The notes under the pieces are model-generated. The model ran no database searches. It saw only the letters and a list, made by a program, of their open reading frames with translations, and had not been told where the DNA came from. This document shows positions 1 through 9,989 of a stretch of DNA of 64,000 bases, piece by piece. The stretch is from NCBI GenBank assembly GCA_038046725.1, contig JBBSVQ010000007.1, forward strand, positions 88,306-152,305, given 5' to 3'. Made by a program: the position numbers and the translations under genes. How positions within the stretch are numbered: position 1 is the first letter of the stretch; every line of letters starts with the position of its first letter. The DNA comes from Thermoplasmatota archaeon (lineage in GTDB: Archaea > Thermoplasmatota > E2 > JACPAO01 > JAHFTW01).

Positions 1-75
1 TCGTTCCAGGTCCGCCACATCGACTCGAACACCGTCGTGTACGAAGGCAGCCTGAACACGATCCAGGCCTGCTAA
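1..75 (+). CDS. 3' end of a CDS truncated by the window edge, probably an archaeal pilin-like protein
   Basis: Frame 1 reads SFQVRHIDSNTVVYEGSLNTIQAC*, which resembles the C-terminus (EITLRHATTQTLVFQQTMSVQAC) of the pilin-like CDS at 10912-11391. Confidence 0.55.
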   Translation, partial: SFQVRHIDSNTVVYEGSLNTIQAC

Positions 76-136
76 GTCTCTGACCCGGTAGGATAGGTTG
101 TTTCCACCTTCTTTTCCCCCATTTCTTAGGTGAATC

Positions 137-2059
137 ATGCAGGTTGGGCGAGCCATCTGGCTACTTGTGGCTGTGCACCTACTGGCCGGAACCTACGGCT
201 TTGCCCTTAACGATGAAGCCGATCAGATTGCCGCTTTTTACAATCTGGCCCATGGGTCCCTTCTGGTCAAGGAAGTCCCTCCAAGCGCCTATCAGCTCCA
301 GGACAATATCAGCTGGCTGCGTCGCTGGGACGACCGCCCCATCGCAAGCACCCCACTCAATCTCCTTGCGCTCCCGGTGTTTGCCGCAATTCGGCTCGCA
401 TCGGCCATCGCGCCTCTGTCAGTGTGGTTCTCTGGGATTGCAACAATCGGCCTCTGGCGCGCAGCCGGTCGCCCGGCACCTTGGCGTTCGCCCCCAGGAG
501 TCTGGGGTGCGGCCGTATTGTTTGGCAGCTGGGCGTTCCTCGCACAAGGCATGCGGGCGTTGGGCCCCGACTTGGACTACTACGGCGCGACCGTAGCCCT
601 CAACGTCACCAGCATTCTCCTGGGGATTCTAGGCTCGGTGCTTGCATGGCATGCATTGGGGAGGCACGCGAAACCCAGCTGGCGGCCACTGCTGCTCGCC
701 GCGCTGCTCCTGGGCCCTTGGTTGTACTGGGCGCGTTTGGCCAAGTACCACATGTTGGGCGCCGTCACCATGCTCGGCATCATCATGCTCTTGCAGCGGC
801 CAGCCACATGGAAACGCGATTTCGCCGTAGGGGTCTTGGCCGGGTTCGCACTTTGGGTTAATTTCGGAATTGGCGTCGTTGCCATCCTTGGTTTGGCGAG
901 CCTGAAGCTTGTCACTCTCCTGCGGGCGCAAGGGCAACGGCGTCAGGCCATGCGGACCTGGGTGCCCCTAATCGTCGGAGGCCTCATCGGCCTCGCGCCG
1001 GTCATGGCCGAGAACACTTACCTGTTCGGGAATCCATTCATCAATTTCTATTTCGCAAGCCCGGAGACTTCAACGGGCATCGGCCACACGACCCTTTCAG
1101 AGAACGAGACCGGCGCGGCCGGCGGCAACCCGGTATGGGCAAGCCTGAAGGCGATTCCCGCCATCTTCGCGCATTTGATGCATTGGAACGGGCCGCTGGA
1201 CTTCCTCAAGAATCTCGCAAGCACCTTCACGTTGGGCACGCGCGTCGAAGGCCTGGTCTTCGGAATCTTCCTGATTTCCCCCATCCTAGCATTGGCCCTG
1301 GTAGGCATGTGGCGGTTGGCCCGGGGGCCTGAACGCCCGCCCGACGTCGCGTGGGCCGCAGCCGTGCTGGGTTGGCAGGCCGCCCTAGGGACGAACGCCG
1401 GCGTCATGCAAGGTGCAGGGTTCGATGCCAGGTTGTGGTTCCACCTGTTGCCCTTGTTGGCAATCCTTGCCGCATTTGGGGTCCGAAAGGCGACGCAAGA
1501 ACTGCGACCTTGGAGGGTCCTTGCAGGTGCGGGCGCGTTCGCAGCTACGGTCTTCATCGCCATCTGGGCCATCGGCCAATCCGGCCATCGTCTGGGGACG
1601 CCTAGCACCGTGCCGAGGTTCGTCATGTACGGAACCTTCATTCTCGGCACAATCCTTGTTGGGCTTTCGGTGGCCTGGTCCATTTTCAAGCGTTCAGGAC
1701 GCACGAAGGCGAGAGCAACGACAATGGCGATGGCCGCGGCGTTGGCGATGCCATTGGTCTGGGGCGGCCTCTTCATGCTGGTGGTTCACCCGCACCTTCC
1801 AGATTCCGGATCGCACCAAGGAGGTTCATTTTTCATACCGGTAATGGGCGACGTGTCCAGCATCATCCATGGCGCGGTGTTCCCGCCAGCTGGCCTTCCC
1901 ATGGTTTGGGACGGGAACGGCACCTTGGTTTTCCACCCTGACTATGGCAGCTGCCTCGTCAATCCGAATCCCTGCCCGGACGTTCCAATCCCGGAAGACC
2001 TGCGGCAGCGGATGGAGAATGCGACGGTTGAGCCGACAACAACGTCGACCGAAGCCTAG
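137..2059 (+). CDS. Polytopic membrane protein, possible GT-C-fold glycosyltransferase
   Basis: 640 aa with many hydrophobic segments; acidic NDE motif after the first TM helix; adjacent to sugar biosynthesis genes. Confidence 0.6.
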   Translation: MQVGRAIWLLVAVHLLAGTYGFALNDEADQIAAFYNLAHGSLLVKEVPPSAYQLQDNISWLRRWDDRPIASTPLNLLALPVFAAIRLASAIAPLSVWFSGIATIGLWRAAGRPAPWRSPPGVWGAAVLFGSWAFLAQGMRALGPDLDYYGATVALNVTSILLGILGSVLAWHALGRHAKPSWRPLLLAALLLGPWLYWARLAKYHMLGAVTMLGIIMLLQRPATWKRDFAVGVLAGFALWVNFGIGVVAILGLASLKLVTLLRAQGQRRQAMRTWVPLIVGGLIGLAPVMAENTYLFGNPFINFYFASPETSTGIGHTTLSENETGAAGGNPVWASLKAIPAIFAHLMHWNGPLDFLKNLASTFTLGTRVEGLVFGIFLISPILALALVGMWRLARGPERPPDVAWAAAVLGWQAALGTNAGVMQGAGFDARLWFHLLPLLAILAAFGVRKATQELRPWRVLAGAGAFAATVFIAIWAIGQSGHRLGTPSTVPRFVMYGTFILGTILVGLSVAWSIFKRSGRTKARATTMAMAAALAMPLVWGGLFMLVVHPHLPDSGSHQGGSFFIPVMGDVSSIIHGAVFPPAGLPMVWDGNGTLVFHPDYGSCLVNPNPCPDVPIPEDLRQRMENATVEPTTTSTEA

Positions 2060-2231
2060 GCCAAGCCCAGCAACTCAAGACGAGTTGACTCAGTTAAAAC
2101 TGGGAATCAATTGCCAACGGCTTGACGTTCTTGGCCGGCACTCAGTGCCCTGTCGGGGAGGGCCAGACTTTACGCCGTCGCGGCGAACCCCTCCAATCAT
2201 GCAATGCCAGCGTGGCGCCGTTTTCGGCGCG

Positions 2232-2672
2232 TCACGCCGGCGACGCAACATTGAAATCGCCTTCATCAGGCGGAGTTGGCCCCGGGATGACGGACGTCTC
2301 ACCGACCATGCATACGTCGCCCTGCTCGTCCTCGATCCGGATGCCGATGACCATCCGGTTCTTCGCTTCATCCCACGACAAGACCTCAAGGCGAATGCGG
2401 ATCGCGCTGCCCACGTGCACCGGTCGGCGAAATCGCACGGTCTGGGCCACGATGATTGTGCCCCGGCCGGGAAACCGCATGCCAAGAATGCCGCTCACCA
2501 ATGAAATGAGTAAGGCGCCATGTGCAATCGGTCGACCAAACTTTGTTCCCTTGGCAAACTCGGCATCGAGATGGATGGGATTGCGGTCGTTGGTCACGTC
2601 AGCGAAGCGAATCACCTGGTCGGCCGAGACCAGGAATCGTTCCTCGTGAACGGCCGCGACGGACAGACTCAT
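2232..2672 (-). CDS. MaoC-family (R)-specific enoyl-CoA hydratase/dehydratase
   Basis: Hydratase-2 motif FADVTNDRNPIHLDAEFAKGTKFGRPIAHG; FPGRGTI...FRRPVHVG. Confidence 0.9.
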   Translation of the reverse strand: MSLSVAAVHEERFLVSADQVIRFADVTNDRNPIHLDAEFAKGTKFGRPIAHGALLISLVSGILGMRFPGRGTIIVAQTVRFRRPVHVGSAIRIRLEVLSWDEAKNRMVIGIRIEDEQGDVCMVGETSVIPGPTPPDEGDFNVASPA

Positions 2673-2748
2673 GGAGTTGCCTGCCGAGGGCCTAACGCCT
2701 TGATGAACCTGTCATTCTCGCTAGCACGAGAACGGCTTTTACTTCGGG

Positions 2749-3375
2749 GTGCGGTCGTCTGACGTGGGCAAGCCTGGGCTCCCGTATGCTGCCATGGGTG
2801 ACGACGTCACGATCCATCCGCAGGCAAAAATTGTCTATCCCGAGTGCCTTCACCTGGGAAACGCCATCATCATTGATGATTTTTGTCTCATCCTGGCTCG
2901 TGAACGGACGGAAATCCAGGATTTCGTCCACATTGGCGGCGGTTCGACGATAACTGGGGGAGGCACGTTCCTTATGGAGCGTTTCGCAGGGCTTTCTGGC
3001 GGCGTTTTCGTGTATACGGGGAACGAGGATTATTCAGGAGCTTCGCTGACGAATCCCACGATTCCGCTTCGATGGCGCAACGTGACGCGATCACGCGTAA
3101 TCCTGCGCCGACACGCCATCGTCGGTGCGAACTCCGTCATCCTTCCTGGGGTCGAGATTGGCGAAGGCGCCGTGGTCGGTGCAAATTCGCTCGTTCGGGC
3201 AGACGTTGAGCCGTGGAGCATAAACGTCGGAAGCCCGGCGCGAAAAGTCGGTACCCGTCCGTCCGGGACAATCAGGAGAATGGAGCGCGAGCTCGAAGCC
3301 CATTGCTACCGACTCGATGGCTCATACGTGGCCAGGCGGTTCCGGGACGACGGACCGGGGGCCGGGCCGACCTAG
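2749..3375 (+). CDS. Hexapeptide-repeat (left-handed beta-helix) sugar acyltransferase
   Basis: VGANSVILPGVEIGEGAVVGANSLV...VGSPARKV repeats; start uncertain. Confidence 0.85.
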   Translation: MRSSDVGKPGLPYAAMGDDVTIHPQAKIVYPECLHLGNAIIIDDFCLILARERTEIQDFVHIGGGSTITGGGTFLMERFAGLSGGVFVYTGNEDYSGASLTNPTIPLRWRNVTRSRVILRRHAIVGANSVILPGVEIGEGAVVGANSLVRADVEPWSINVGSPARKVGTRPSGTIRRMERELEAHCYRLDGSYVARRFRDDGPGAGPT

Positions 3376-3377
3376 CC

Positions 3378-4517
3378 TCAATTGTTGCGCCCGTCCAGAA
3401 TGGACACGAACGTCCGGCAAACGCGGCGGACCTCAGCTGGCCCCATGGACATGCCGTTCGGCAACGCGAGGAGCCGCGTGGCCAAACGGTCCGTCGCCGG
3501 CAAGGGGGCATGGCGGCGCCGCGCATATGGCTGCATGCGGTGGACCCCCGGCGCAAAGTAGCGCCGGGCAAGGATGCCTTGCCGCCACAGCGCCTCGACG
3601 AGGGAATCCCGGTCAACGTTCGCCTTCTTTGGATCAATGTCGCAAACGACGTACTGAAAATTCCCTTGCTCGGCGGGGTCGTACCGGACGACTTCGAGGC
3701 CGGGCAGATTGGCCAGCAACTTGCAGTAGAGTGCATGGTTTGCGCGGTTGCGCTTGACAAACGATGCGACGGACTTCAGATTCGTCAACCCGAGAGCCGC
3801 CGTCAATTCGTTCATTTTGGCATTTGTCCCCAGGCTCTGCACGTTGTCATAGCCGGCGAAGCCAAAGTTTCGAAGCAACCGCAAGCGTTCCGCGACCTCG
3901 TCATCGTTCGTGGTCACGGCGCCTCCTTCGGCGGTGTTCAGGAATTTCGTGGCATGGAAGCTGAAGACCTCGGCCGCTCCGAAAGACCCAATGGGGCGAC
4001 CTCCGTACCTCGAGCCAAAGGCGTGCGCCGCATCGAATGCCAAGGGGACTCCGGCGTCGTCGGCGACGCGCTGCAATCCTCGGATGTCGCAGGGCCGGCC
4101 CCACAGATGGACGCCAAGGATGCCGCCCGTGCGCTTCGTGATGCGGGACTCGGCGGCCGCGGGGTCCAGGTTGTGCGTTTCGGCATTGACATCACACAGG
4201 ACGGGGCGAAGGCCAATCCACTCCAAGGCATGTGCGGTCGCGACGAACGTGAATGCCGGAACGAGGACATCGCCCTTCATGCCGGTAGCCTTGGCCGCCA
4301 GTTCGATGCCAATTGTTGCGTTCGACACCGCGATCGCATGCTTGACCTTCAACCGGCGCTGGAGTTCCGTCTCGAAGCGTTGGACCAGGGGTCCGTTGTT
4401 GGTCAGCCACTTGGACTCCCAGATGCCTTTGGCAAGGCGGGAAAACGTGGCAAACGATCCAAGGTTCGGCCTCCCCACGTGCAAGGGTTGGGGGGTTGCC
4501 TTGGGGGACGTCGCCAC
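3378..4517 (-). CDS. DegT/DnrJ/EryC1/StrS nucleotide-sugar aminotransferase (VioA-like)
   Basis: WLTNNGP, FTFVATAHA, DAAHAFG, FSFHATKFLNTAEGG (PLP Lys), GTNAKMNE; GTG start chosen ~25 nt after a CTTATA box. Confidence 0.92.
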   Translation of the reverse strand: MATSPKATPQPLHVGRPNLGSFATFSRLAKGIWESKWLTNNGPLVQRFETELQRRLKVKHAIAVSNATIGIELAAKATGMKGDVLVPAFTFVATAHALEWIGLRPVLCDVNAETHNLDPAAAESRITKRTGGILGVHLWGRPCDIRGLQRVADDAGVPLAFDAAHAFGSRYGGRPIGSFGAAEVFSFHATKFLNTAEGGAVTTNDDEVAERLRLLRNFGFAGYDNVQSLGTNAKMNELTAALGLTNLKSVASFVKRNRANHALYCKLLANLPGLEVVRYDPAEQGNFQYVVCDIDPKKANVDRDSLVEALWRQGILARRYFAPGVHRMQPYARRRHAPLPATDRLATRLLALPNGMSMGPAEVRRVCRTFVSILDGRNN

Positions 4518-4539
4518 GAAAGCGCCGACTGAACGAGGT

Positions 4540-5625
4540 CTATAAGAGGTCAAGGTCGCGCAAGAGGGAGGTCAGCCGATCTTTGAACGGCTGCGATTGG
4601 TAGTGGCGTGCACAAACTTCGAACTGGGCTTCCTGCACACTCGCGTATTGCGCCTCGTTCGCCCAGGCACGCAGTTCCTTCACGATGTTCTCCCCCAAGT
4701 CCGCCATATCGGCATGGATGCCAGGGACTTCCCGGAAGTCCGGCGTGAAAAACCGATCATTGTAGGCTGCGAAGCCGACTCCACCGGAGAACACGGTCTC
4801 GACGAGGTAACCATCTAGTCCTTCACCGAACGTGAGGGCCCACTTGGCTTCCCGAATGACCCGAAGATACTCCTGGTAGGGCAACCGCCGGATGACGCGC
4901 AGGTCGATGTCGGGGAGTTCCCTCGCAATCCGTCCAAGGACATCCTGGCGGAGCGGATGCGCGTCCGGGGAGACGATCATGACATTGCGTCGTTGCGCGA
5001 AGGGAGCTGGACGGTAGTTCTCGGGCCCGACCCTCACGCCCAGGTGGCGAACGGGGACGCCAAGGTCGGCTTCGAGCTTCGCGTTGGCATACCGTTCGTG
5101 GGCTGTGGACACCGTGAGCCGGTATTGTGAGGCAAGTCTTCGGATGCTGGCTTGGTCCAAGAGGTCGATGTTCTGCAGGAGCACGTGAACACGGACCGAT
5201 CGGCCAAGGAGGCCCTTGCGCCTAGCCCAGTCCAAGTCCTCAACCAGCTGCGCACAGGCGACTTCGGCCACGAAGATGACGAGGCGATCGGGAGCGCCGT
5301 TGTAGGCGAGCACGTCGTCGATGCGTTGGACAGTGCGTTCGGAAGGGAATTTTGTAAAGCGTTCCACGCGAGGGTCGCTGCGCGGGGTCACCAGGTGCAT
5401 CTTCCAATCTTGATTGGCCCGCAATCGTGATTCCTCGAGGATTGCCTGAATCGAGATGAGGCCGCCATTGACGAGGTCGAACCCCGGAACGACGAACAGA
5501 GAGAGGGCCGGGCTGCGTGGCAACGTCGCCCGGGCCACCGCTTGGCGCCGAGAGATCAAGCGGTCGCGGACCGGGTTCCGCAAGGCAATGCGGGCCAATG
5601 CAATCTTTGCGGCGTTCCTAGGCAT
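4540..5625 (-). CDS. Hypothetical protein, probable GT-B glycosyltransferase-like
   Basis: N-terminal NGGLISI; C-terminal TFGEGLDGYLVE resembles the GT-B EX7E region; located in the glycan cluster. Confidence 0.55.
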   Translation of the reverse strand: MPRNAAKIALARIALRNPVRDRLISRRQAVARATLPRSPALSLFVVPGFDLVNGGLISIQAILEESRLRANQDWKMHLVTPRSDPRVERFTKFPSERTVQRIDDVLAYNGAPDRLVIFVAEVACAQLVEDLDWARRKGLLGRSVRVHVLLQNIDLLDQASIRRLASQYRLTVSTAHERYANAKLEADLGVPVRHLGVRVGPENYRPAPFAQRRNVMIVSPDAHPLRQDVLGRIARELPDIDLRVIRRLPYQEYLRVIREAKWALTFGEGLDGYLVETVFSGGVGFAAYNDRFFTPDFREVPGIHADMADLGENIVKELRAWANEAQYASVQEAQFEVCARHYQSQPFKDRLTSLLRDLDLL

Positions 5626-6859
5626 TCGTAGACCTCTGAAAATTCCGTCCGACGGCCATCCGATAGATGACAAGGGTATCAATGAGTGCGCGCACGGCCG
5701 CGACGACGGCAAGGGCGACCGGCCCTCCTTTGGACGCTGCCAGGATTACGGCGAGCGAGAATGGCACCGCCGTTACCAAGTAGTATTTTGGAAGCATGTC
5801 GGGACGTCCCTTGGCCTGCAGCCATGCACTGGCCGCTGGCGCCCCGCTTGAGAGCAGAGCACCAAGGGAAAGGATTCGAAGGACCTCCTCGGCATCAGCG
5901 TCGCAAACGGGTCCTGCATAGAGGCCGCACGCGAACCTGGGCAGGAAAGCCAGGAGCAAGAGAGGAGCCGCCAGCAGCACGTGCAGCCCTAGGATGGATT
6001 TCGCCAACAAGGTCCGATCGTTGCTTGCATGGGCCGCTGCGAACGTGGGAAACAAGGTTGCAATCGCGGCAGACGCCGCAATCTGGCTACCGGCCACCAG
6101 GTCAATCATCGCCGCGTACGAAGCCACGCGCGTAGGACCCGCGAACGCAGCAAGGGCGAATCGGTCGAAATACAGGAGCCCGGCCCCGAGCAACGCCGCC
6201 AAGATCATCCACGAGGTCTGCCGTCGGATGCCCGACATGGACGCCCCAAAGACCAGTGCGGGCTTCCCAACCATCGCCCAAAGAGCCAGCAGCGACGTCG
6301 TTCGCAAGAGGATGGCGGAAGCTGCAACGGCAGAAACAGGGAAGCCGAAATATGCCGCCGCCAGGCCAACGACGATGACGCCCCCAGAAGCGAAAGCCGC
6401 CGCGCCTTGCGAGGCCTGAAAGCGATGCTCGGCGTCCAAGGCGCCGCGGAACACGCCATTGGCCAGCATCAGCAAGGAAAGAGGCGCGAAGCTTGCAAAT
6501 GACAAGATTGCGTCCGTTGTCTGCAAGAGCGGAATGGTCCAAGCCGCAATCAGCACGAGCCCCAAACCGCCGATGGACACCGCGGTCCCAAGACGGATAT
6601 GTTGGAGAAGAATCGCCTGCAAAGTGCCGGGGGCAATCCGGCTTGCAAGTCGCTGGACCGTCGTCCGGACTGCGGCCGTTTCGAGGATGACCAGGAGGAG
6701 GAATGTCGAGACCCAGAGGGCCCACAAGGCAGCCTCCGACGGGGTCCGCCAGCGGTAGATGAAGGGCGTGGCAATGAAGGCCAGGCCATACGGCAGGACC
6801 TGACCTGAAAGGTTCGTCAGGAAATGACTCAGCCTTGGCTTGCGGGCGTCCTGAGGCAC
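5618..6859 (-). CDS. Oligosaccharide flippase (Wzx/MATE-like)
   Basis: About 12 TM segments; NLSGQVLP N-terminus; YFDRFALAAFAG..VASYA motif; start uncertain (ORF extends to 6892). Confidence 0.8.
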   Translation of the reverse strand: MPQDARKPRLSHFLTNLSGQVLPYGLAFIATPFIYRWRTPSEAALWALWVSTFLLLVILETAAVRTTVQRLASRIAPGTLQAILLQHIRLGTAVSIGGLGLVLIAAWTIPLLQTTDAILSFASFAPLSLLMLANGVFRGALDAEHRFQASQGAAAFASGGVIVVGLAAAYFGFPVSAVAASAILLRTTSLLALWAMVGKPALVFGASMSGIRRQTSWMILAALLGAGLLYFDRFALAAFAGPTRVASYAAMIDLVAGSQIAASAAIATLFPTFAAAHASNDRTLLAKSILGLHVLLAAPLLLLAFLPRFACGLYAGPVCDADAEEVLRILSLGALLSSGAPAASAWLQAKGRPDMLPKYYLVTAVPFSLAVILAASKGGPVALAVVAAVRALIDTLVIYRMAVGRNFQRSTNA

Positions 6860-6954
6860 GGCGACGACGCACGAGGCGGGTGGTCCTGCCAAAAGCCCTC
6901 CGGCTGCCTGGCGAGGCCCGCTTGCTTCTTCAACCAGAAGGGGTCTTGTTGTCC

Positions 6955-8583
6955 ATGCGCGGACTCAGCGTCCTCTTGGCTCTCGTCATCCTCGTGCCCG
7001 GCGTCAACGCCGCATGGGGTTCGTTCCACAGTGATGAACGCAACACGGGCTTCCAGTCGGGCACGGCGTACAAGGTGTACGAAGACCTTTGGTGGAACCT
7101 CAAAGTCGACCCCGCCACGCAGATGGAAGCAAGCCCGGTCCACGCCAACGGCATCGTCGTCGTCGGAGGCTGGGACAAAGTCATCCGGGCGCTCGACGCC
7201 ACTTCTGGAACGGAACGCTGGAAAGCCACCATGGGTGCAACCATTGTCGGTACCCCCGCAATCTTTGGCGGCAGGCTCTTCGTGGTGGACAGCGCCGGCG
7301 CCCTGAAGGCCTTCGACCTGCACAAAGGCACGATCCTCGGAACCGCCGCCGTCGGCGCAACACGCGCTGACCTCAAGATCCACGAAGGCAAGATCTTCAT
7401 CGGCAACGAAGCCGGCGAGATGAAGGCGTACGACACCGAGACCTTGACCCTGCTGTGGAAATTCAGCGTCAACTCCGTCGCGGCCACCAATGGCACCTGC
7501 GGCACGAAGATTCCGGTCGGCCAGATCCGTGGCTCGCCCGCCATCTACGGGGGCCTCGTCATCTTCGGCTCGATGAACCACTGGGTGTACGCAATCAACG
7601 AGCAGGGCGAGCCCGGCCAGACCACCCTTCCGCAGTGGATCTTCAAGACCAACGACATCGTCGTCGGTTCGCCCATGGTCGACGACGACAACGAACGCGT
7701 CATCATCGGCTCCTACGACGAACACGTGTATTCGCTGCCGGTCGCGCCGGGGGGCATGGGGCCCATCTACGCCGCGGACGGCATCGCAGTGTGCTCCGCC
7801 GCAGCCAACAGCCCGTCGTGGACCTACGAGGTGCCGTCCGCCATCGGCCAAAGCAAGGTCCACTCCAGCCCGGCCACCGATGGCATCAATGTGTACTTCG
7901 GCGCCAACAATGGCCGCGTGTACGCCATCACCCTCTCCGGTGGCACGCTGGTGTGGGAGTACACGACCGGCGGCGCCGTCATCTCCAGCCCCGCGGTCTC
8001 GAACAGCATCGTCGTCGTCGGTTCGGATGACGGCAAGGTGTACTGGTTGCGCTCCAACAACGGAACGCTGCACAAGTCGTACATCGCGGATTCCCCCATC
8101 AAGTCCAGTCCCGCCATCGACGGCAACCGCACCTTCGTCACCTCCTTCGAGGGCTCCGTGTACATGTTCGGCCCCAAGATTCCCCTGCGCCCCGACTTGC
8201 AAGTCGGCATCGTGACGTACGACGACGGCGTGCTCAGCATCGTCGTCGACAACCGGGGAAGCGGTGACGCCGGCGCCTCGACGTTGCGCCTCACCATCGA
8301 TGGCGTCGTCGCTGGCGACATCGCCGTGCCCGCCATCCAGGCCGGCCAGAGCGCCACCGTGACCCATGAGGTCAGCCTCTCCAAGGGTGGGCACGTCATC
8401 ATCGGTGAAGCCGACCAGGCCAAGGCCGTCGTCGAATCCGAGGAGGCCAACAACGAGGGCAGCAGCACGGTGACCGTGACGGGCTCGTCCAAAGGCAAGG
8501 GCGGCAGCGGCATCCCGGGCCCGGGTTTCGCGTTGCTCGCGTTGGCCCTGGTCGGACTCGCCATGCTGCGGCGCCGCCGATAG
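6955..8583 (+). CDS. Secreted PQQ-like beta-propeller protein with CARDB domain and PGF-CTERM-like anchor
   Basis: Signal peptide; repeated SSPA..G.V..GS.DG.VY blades; PDLQV...VDNRGSGDA...ESEEANN (CARDB); C-terminal PGPGF-TM-RRRR. Confidence 0.85.
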   Translation: MRGLSVLLALVILVPGVNAAWGSFHSDERNTGFQSGTAYKVYEDLWWNLKVDPATQMEASPVHANGIVVVGGWDKVIRALDATSGTERWKATMGATIVGTPAIFGGRLFVVDSAGALKAFDLHKGTILGTAAVGATRADLKIHEGKIFIGNEAGEMKAYDTETLTLLWKFSVNSVAATNGTCGTKIPVGQIRGSPAIYGGLVIFGSMNHWVYAINEQGEPGQTTLPQWIFKTNDIVVGSPMVDDDNERVIIGSYDEHVYSLPVAPGGMGPIYAADGIAVCSAAANSPSWTYEVPSAIGQSKVHSSPATDGINVYFGANNGRVYAITLSGGTLVWEYTTGGAVISSPAVSNSIVVVGSDDGKVYWLRSNNGTLHKSYIADSPIKSSPAIDGNRTFVTSFEGSVYMFGPKIPLRPDLQVGIVTYDDGVLSIVVDNRGSGDAGASTLRLTIDGVVAGDIAVPAIQAGQSATVTHEVSLSKGGHVIIGEADQAKAVVESEEANNEGSSTVTVTGSSKGKGGSGIPGPGFALLALALVGLAMLRRRR

Positions 8584-8629
8584 GGAACTGGCGCAGACAC
8601 CGGAGTCCAGGCACGCATCGCACAGGCGC

Positions 8630-8917
8630 TTGGTCTGTGCGAGTGGGTCCAAGGTCGGGCGCGGGCGTGACGTGGGCGCTGCCAAGGCCGTGGAGTTCGT
8701 GCGACGAGTGCTGGCGTCACCCCGCGTGAAACTCGTCCCCGTCGACCCGGAAGACTTCTCCCAGGCCCTGGCAACGTACTCCCGCATCGGGGGGGACCTG
8801 AGCTTCACGGACGTGGTCTCGGTCACCGTGATGCAAGGCCAGGGTTGCGCCGTCATCGCCTCGCACGATTCAGGGTTCGACCGCGTCAAGGGCATCGAGC
8901 GCCGGCAGTCCGTCTGA
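8630..8917 (+). pseudogene. Truncated PIN-domain (VapC-like) gene remnant
   Basis: C-terminal PIN signature LSFTDVVSVTVM...IASHDSGFDRVKGIER; the N-terminal DT motif is not in frame; no antitoxin upstream. Confidence 0.6.
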
Positions 8918-8969
8918 CCAATTCGGCCGCCACGCGGCAGCCTTTCAAACCAGGGACCAAAGCAGGGCC

Positions 8970-9989
8970 GTGGCCGCCGCCGTGTCCGTGCTCATCGTCA
9001 CGCACAACAGCGCGGCGTGGATTGCGGCATGCCTGGCCTCCATTCCGGCAGGCCTCGACGGTCGTCGCCACGAGGTCGTCGTGTGCGACAACGCTTCCAC
9101 GGACGGAACGTCTGAGCTCGTCGCCCGCCTGGCCCCCCGTGCGCGCGTGGTGCGCCAAGCCAACCTCGGCTACGGCGCCGGCGTGAACCGGGCAGCACGG
9201 GAAGCCACTGGTGAGCTCCTCGTCGTCCTCAACCCCGACACCGTGGCCGAGTCGGGATCGCTTGCACGCCTCGCCGACGCCGCCGTCGCGAAGACCATTG
9301 CGATTCCGACCATCACCCTGCTGGCCGACCCCGAGAGGGTCAACACCTGCGGCCTCGACCTGCACTTCACCGGCCTGGCCACCGTGCGTGGCCTCGGCGA
9401 CCCGGCCGACGACTGGGCGAGGCAGGACTCCCCTGGCGGGTTTTCGGGCGCGGCGTTCGCAATGCGCCGCCACGATTTCCAAGCCTTGGGTGGCTTCGAC
9501 GACGCCTTCTTCCTGTACCTGGAGGACGTCGACCTTGCGTGGCGCGCGCGCCGCAACGGCTTCGCCTTCGTGCACGTCGGCGACGCCCGCGTGCGCCACG
9601 ACTACCGCTTCCAACCGGGCGCCCGCAAGCTCGGCCTCGCCGAGGAAGGCCGCCTCATCCTGCTGCGGCGCCACTTCGCGTGGTGGCACTGGCTCGCCTA
9701 CGCCCCGAGCCTGCTCGCCGTCGAGGTCCTCGCGTGGGGCCAGGCGGTGCGCTTCGGGCCAAAGGGGCTGGCCGCGAAGGGTCGCGCCGTGCGCCGCGGC
9801 TGGCGCCGGCTGCCGCCCCGCCCAGCAACGGGCCGCCTCGCCATGTCCGCGTGGGCGACGCGGCGCGTGCGCTTCGCCAACCTCGGAGCCGGCCCGGTCT
9901 TGCGCGCATTGCTTGCGCCGTTGAACGCCCTCTTCTGGCTCAACACCTTGGCCTGGCGCCGCCGCCCTAAGGCCGCAGGGCGCGCTTGA
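8970..9989 (+). CDS. Glycosyltransferase family 2
   Basis: VSVLIVTHNS, VCDNASTDGT, NLGYGAGVN, LNPD, GGFDDAFFLYLEDVDL. Confidence 0.92.
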   Translation: MAAAVSVLIVTHNSAAWIAACLASIPAGLDGRRHEVVVCDNASTDGTSELVARLAPRARVVRQANLGYGAGVNRAAREATGELLVVLNPDTVAESGSLARLADAAVAKTIAIPTITLLADPERVNTCGLDLHFTGLATVRGLGDPADDWARQDSPGGFSGAAFAMRRHDFQALGGFDDAFFLYLEDVDLAWRARRNGFAFVHVGDARVRHDYRFQPGARKLGLAEEGRLILLRRHFAWWHWLAYAPSLLAVEVLAWGQAVRFGPKGLAAKGRAVRRGWRRLPPRPATGRLAMSAWATRRVRFANLGAGPVLRALLAPLNALFWLNTLAWRRRPKAAGRA

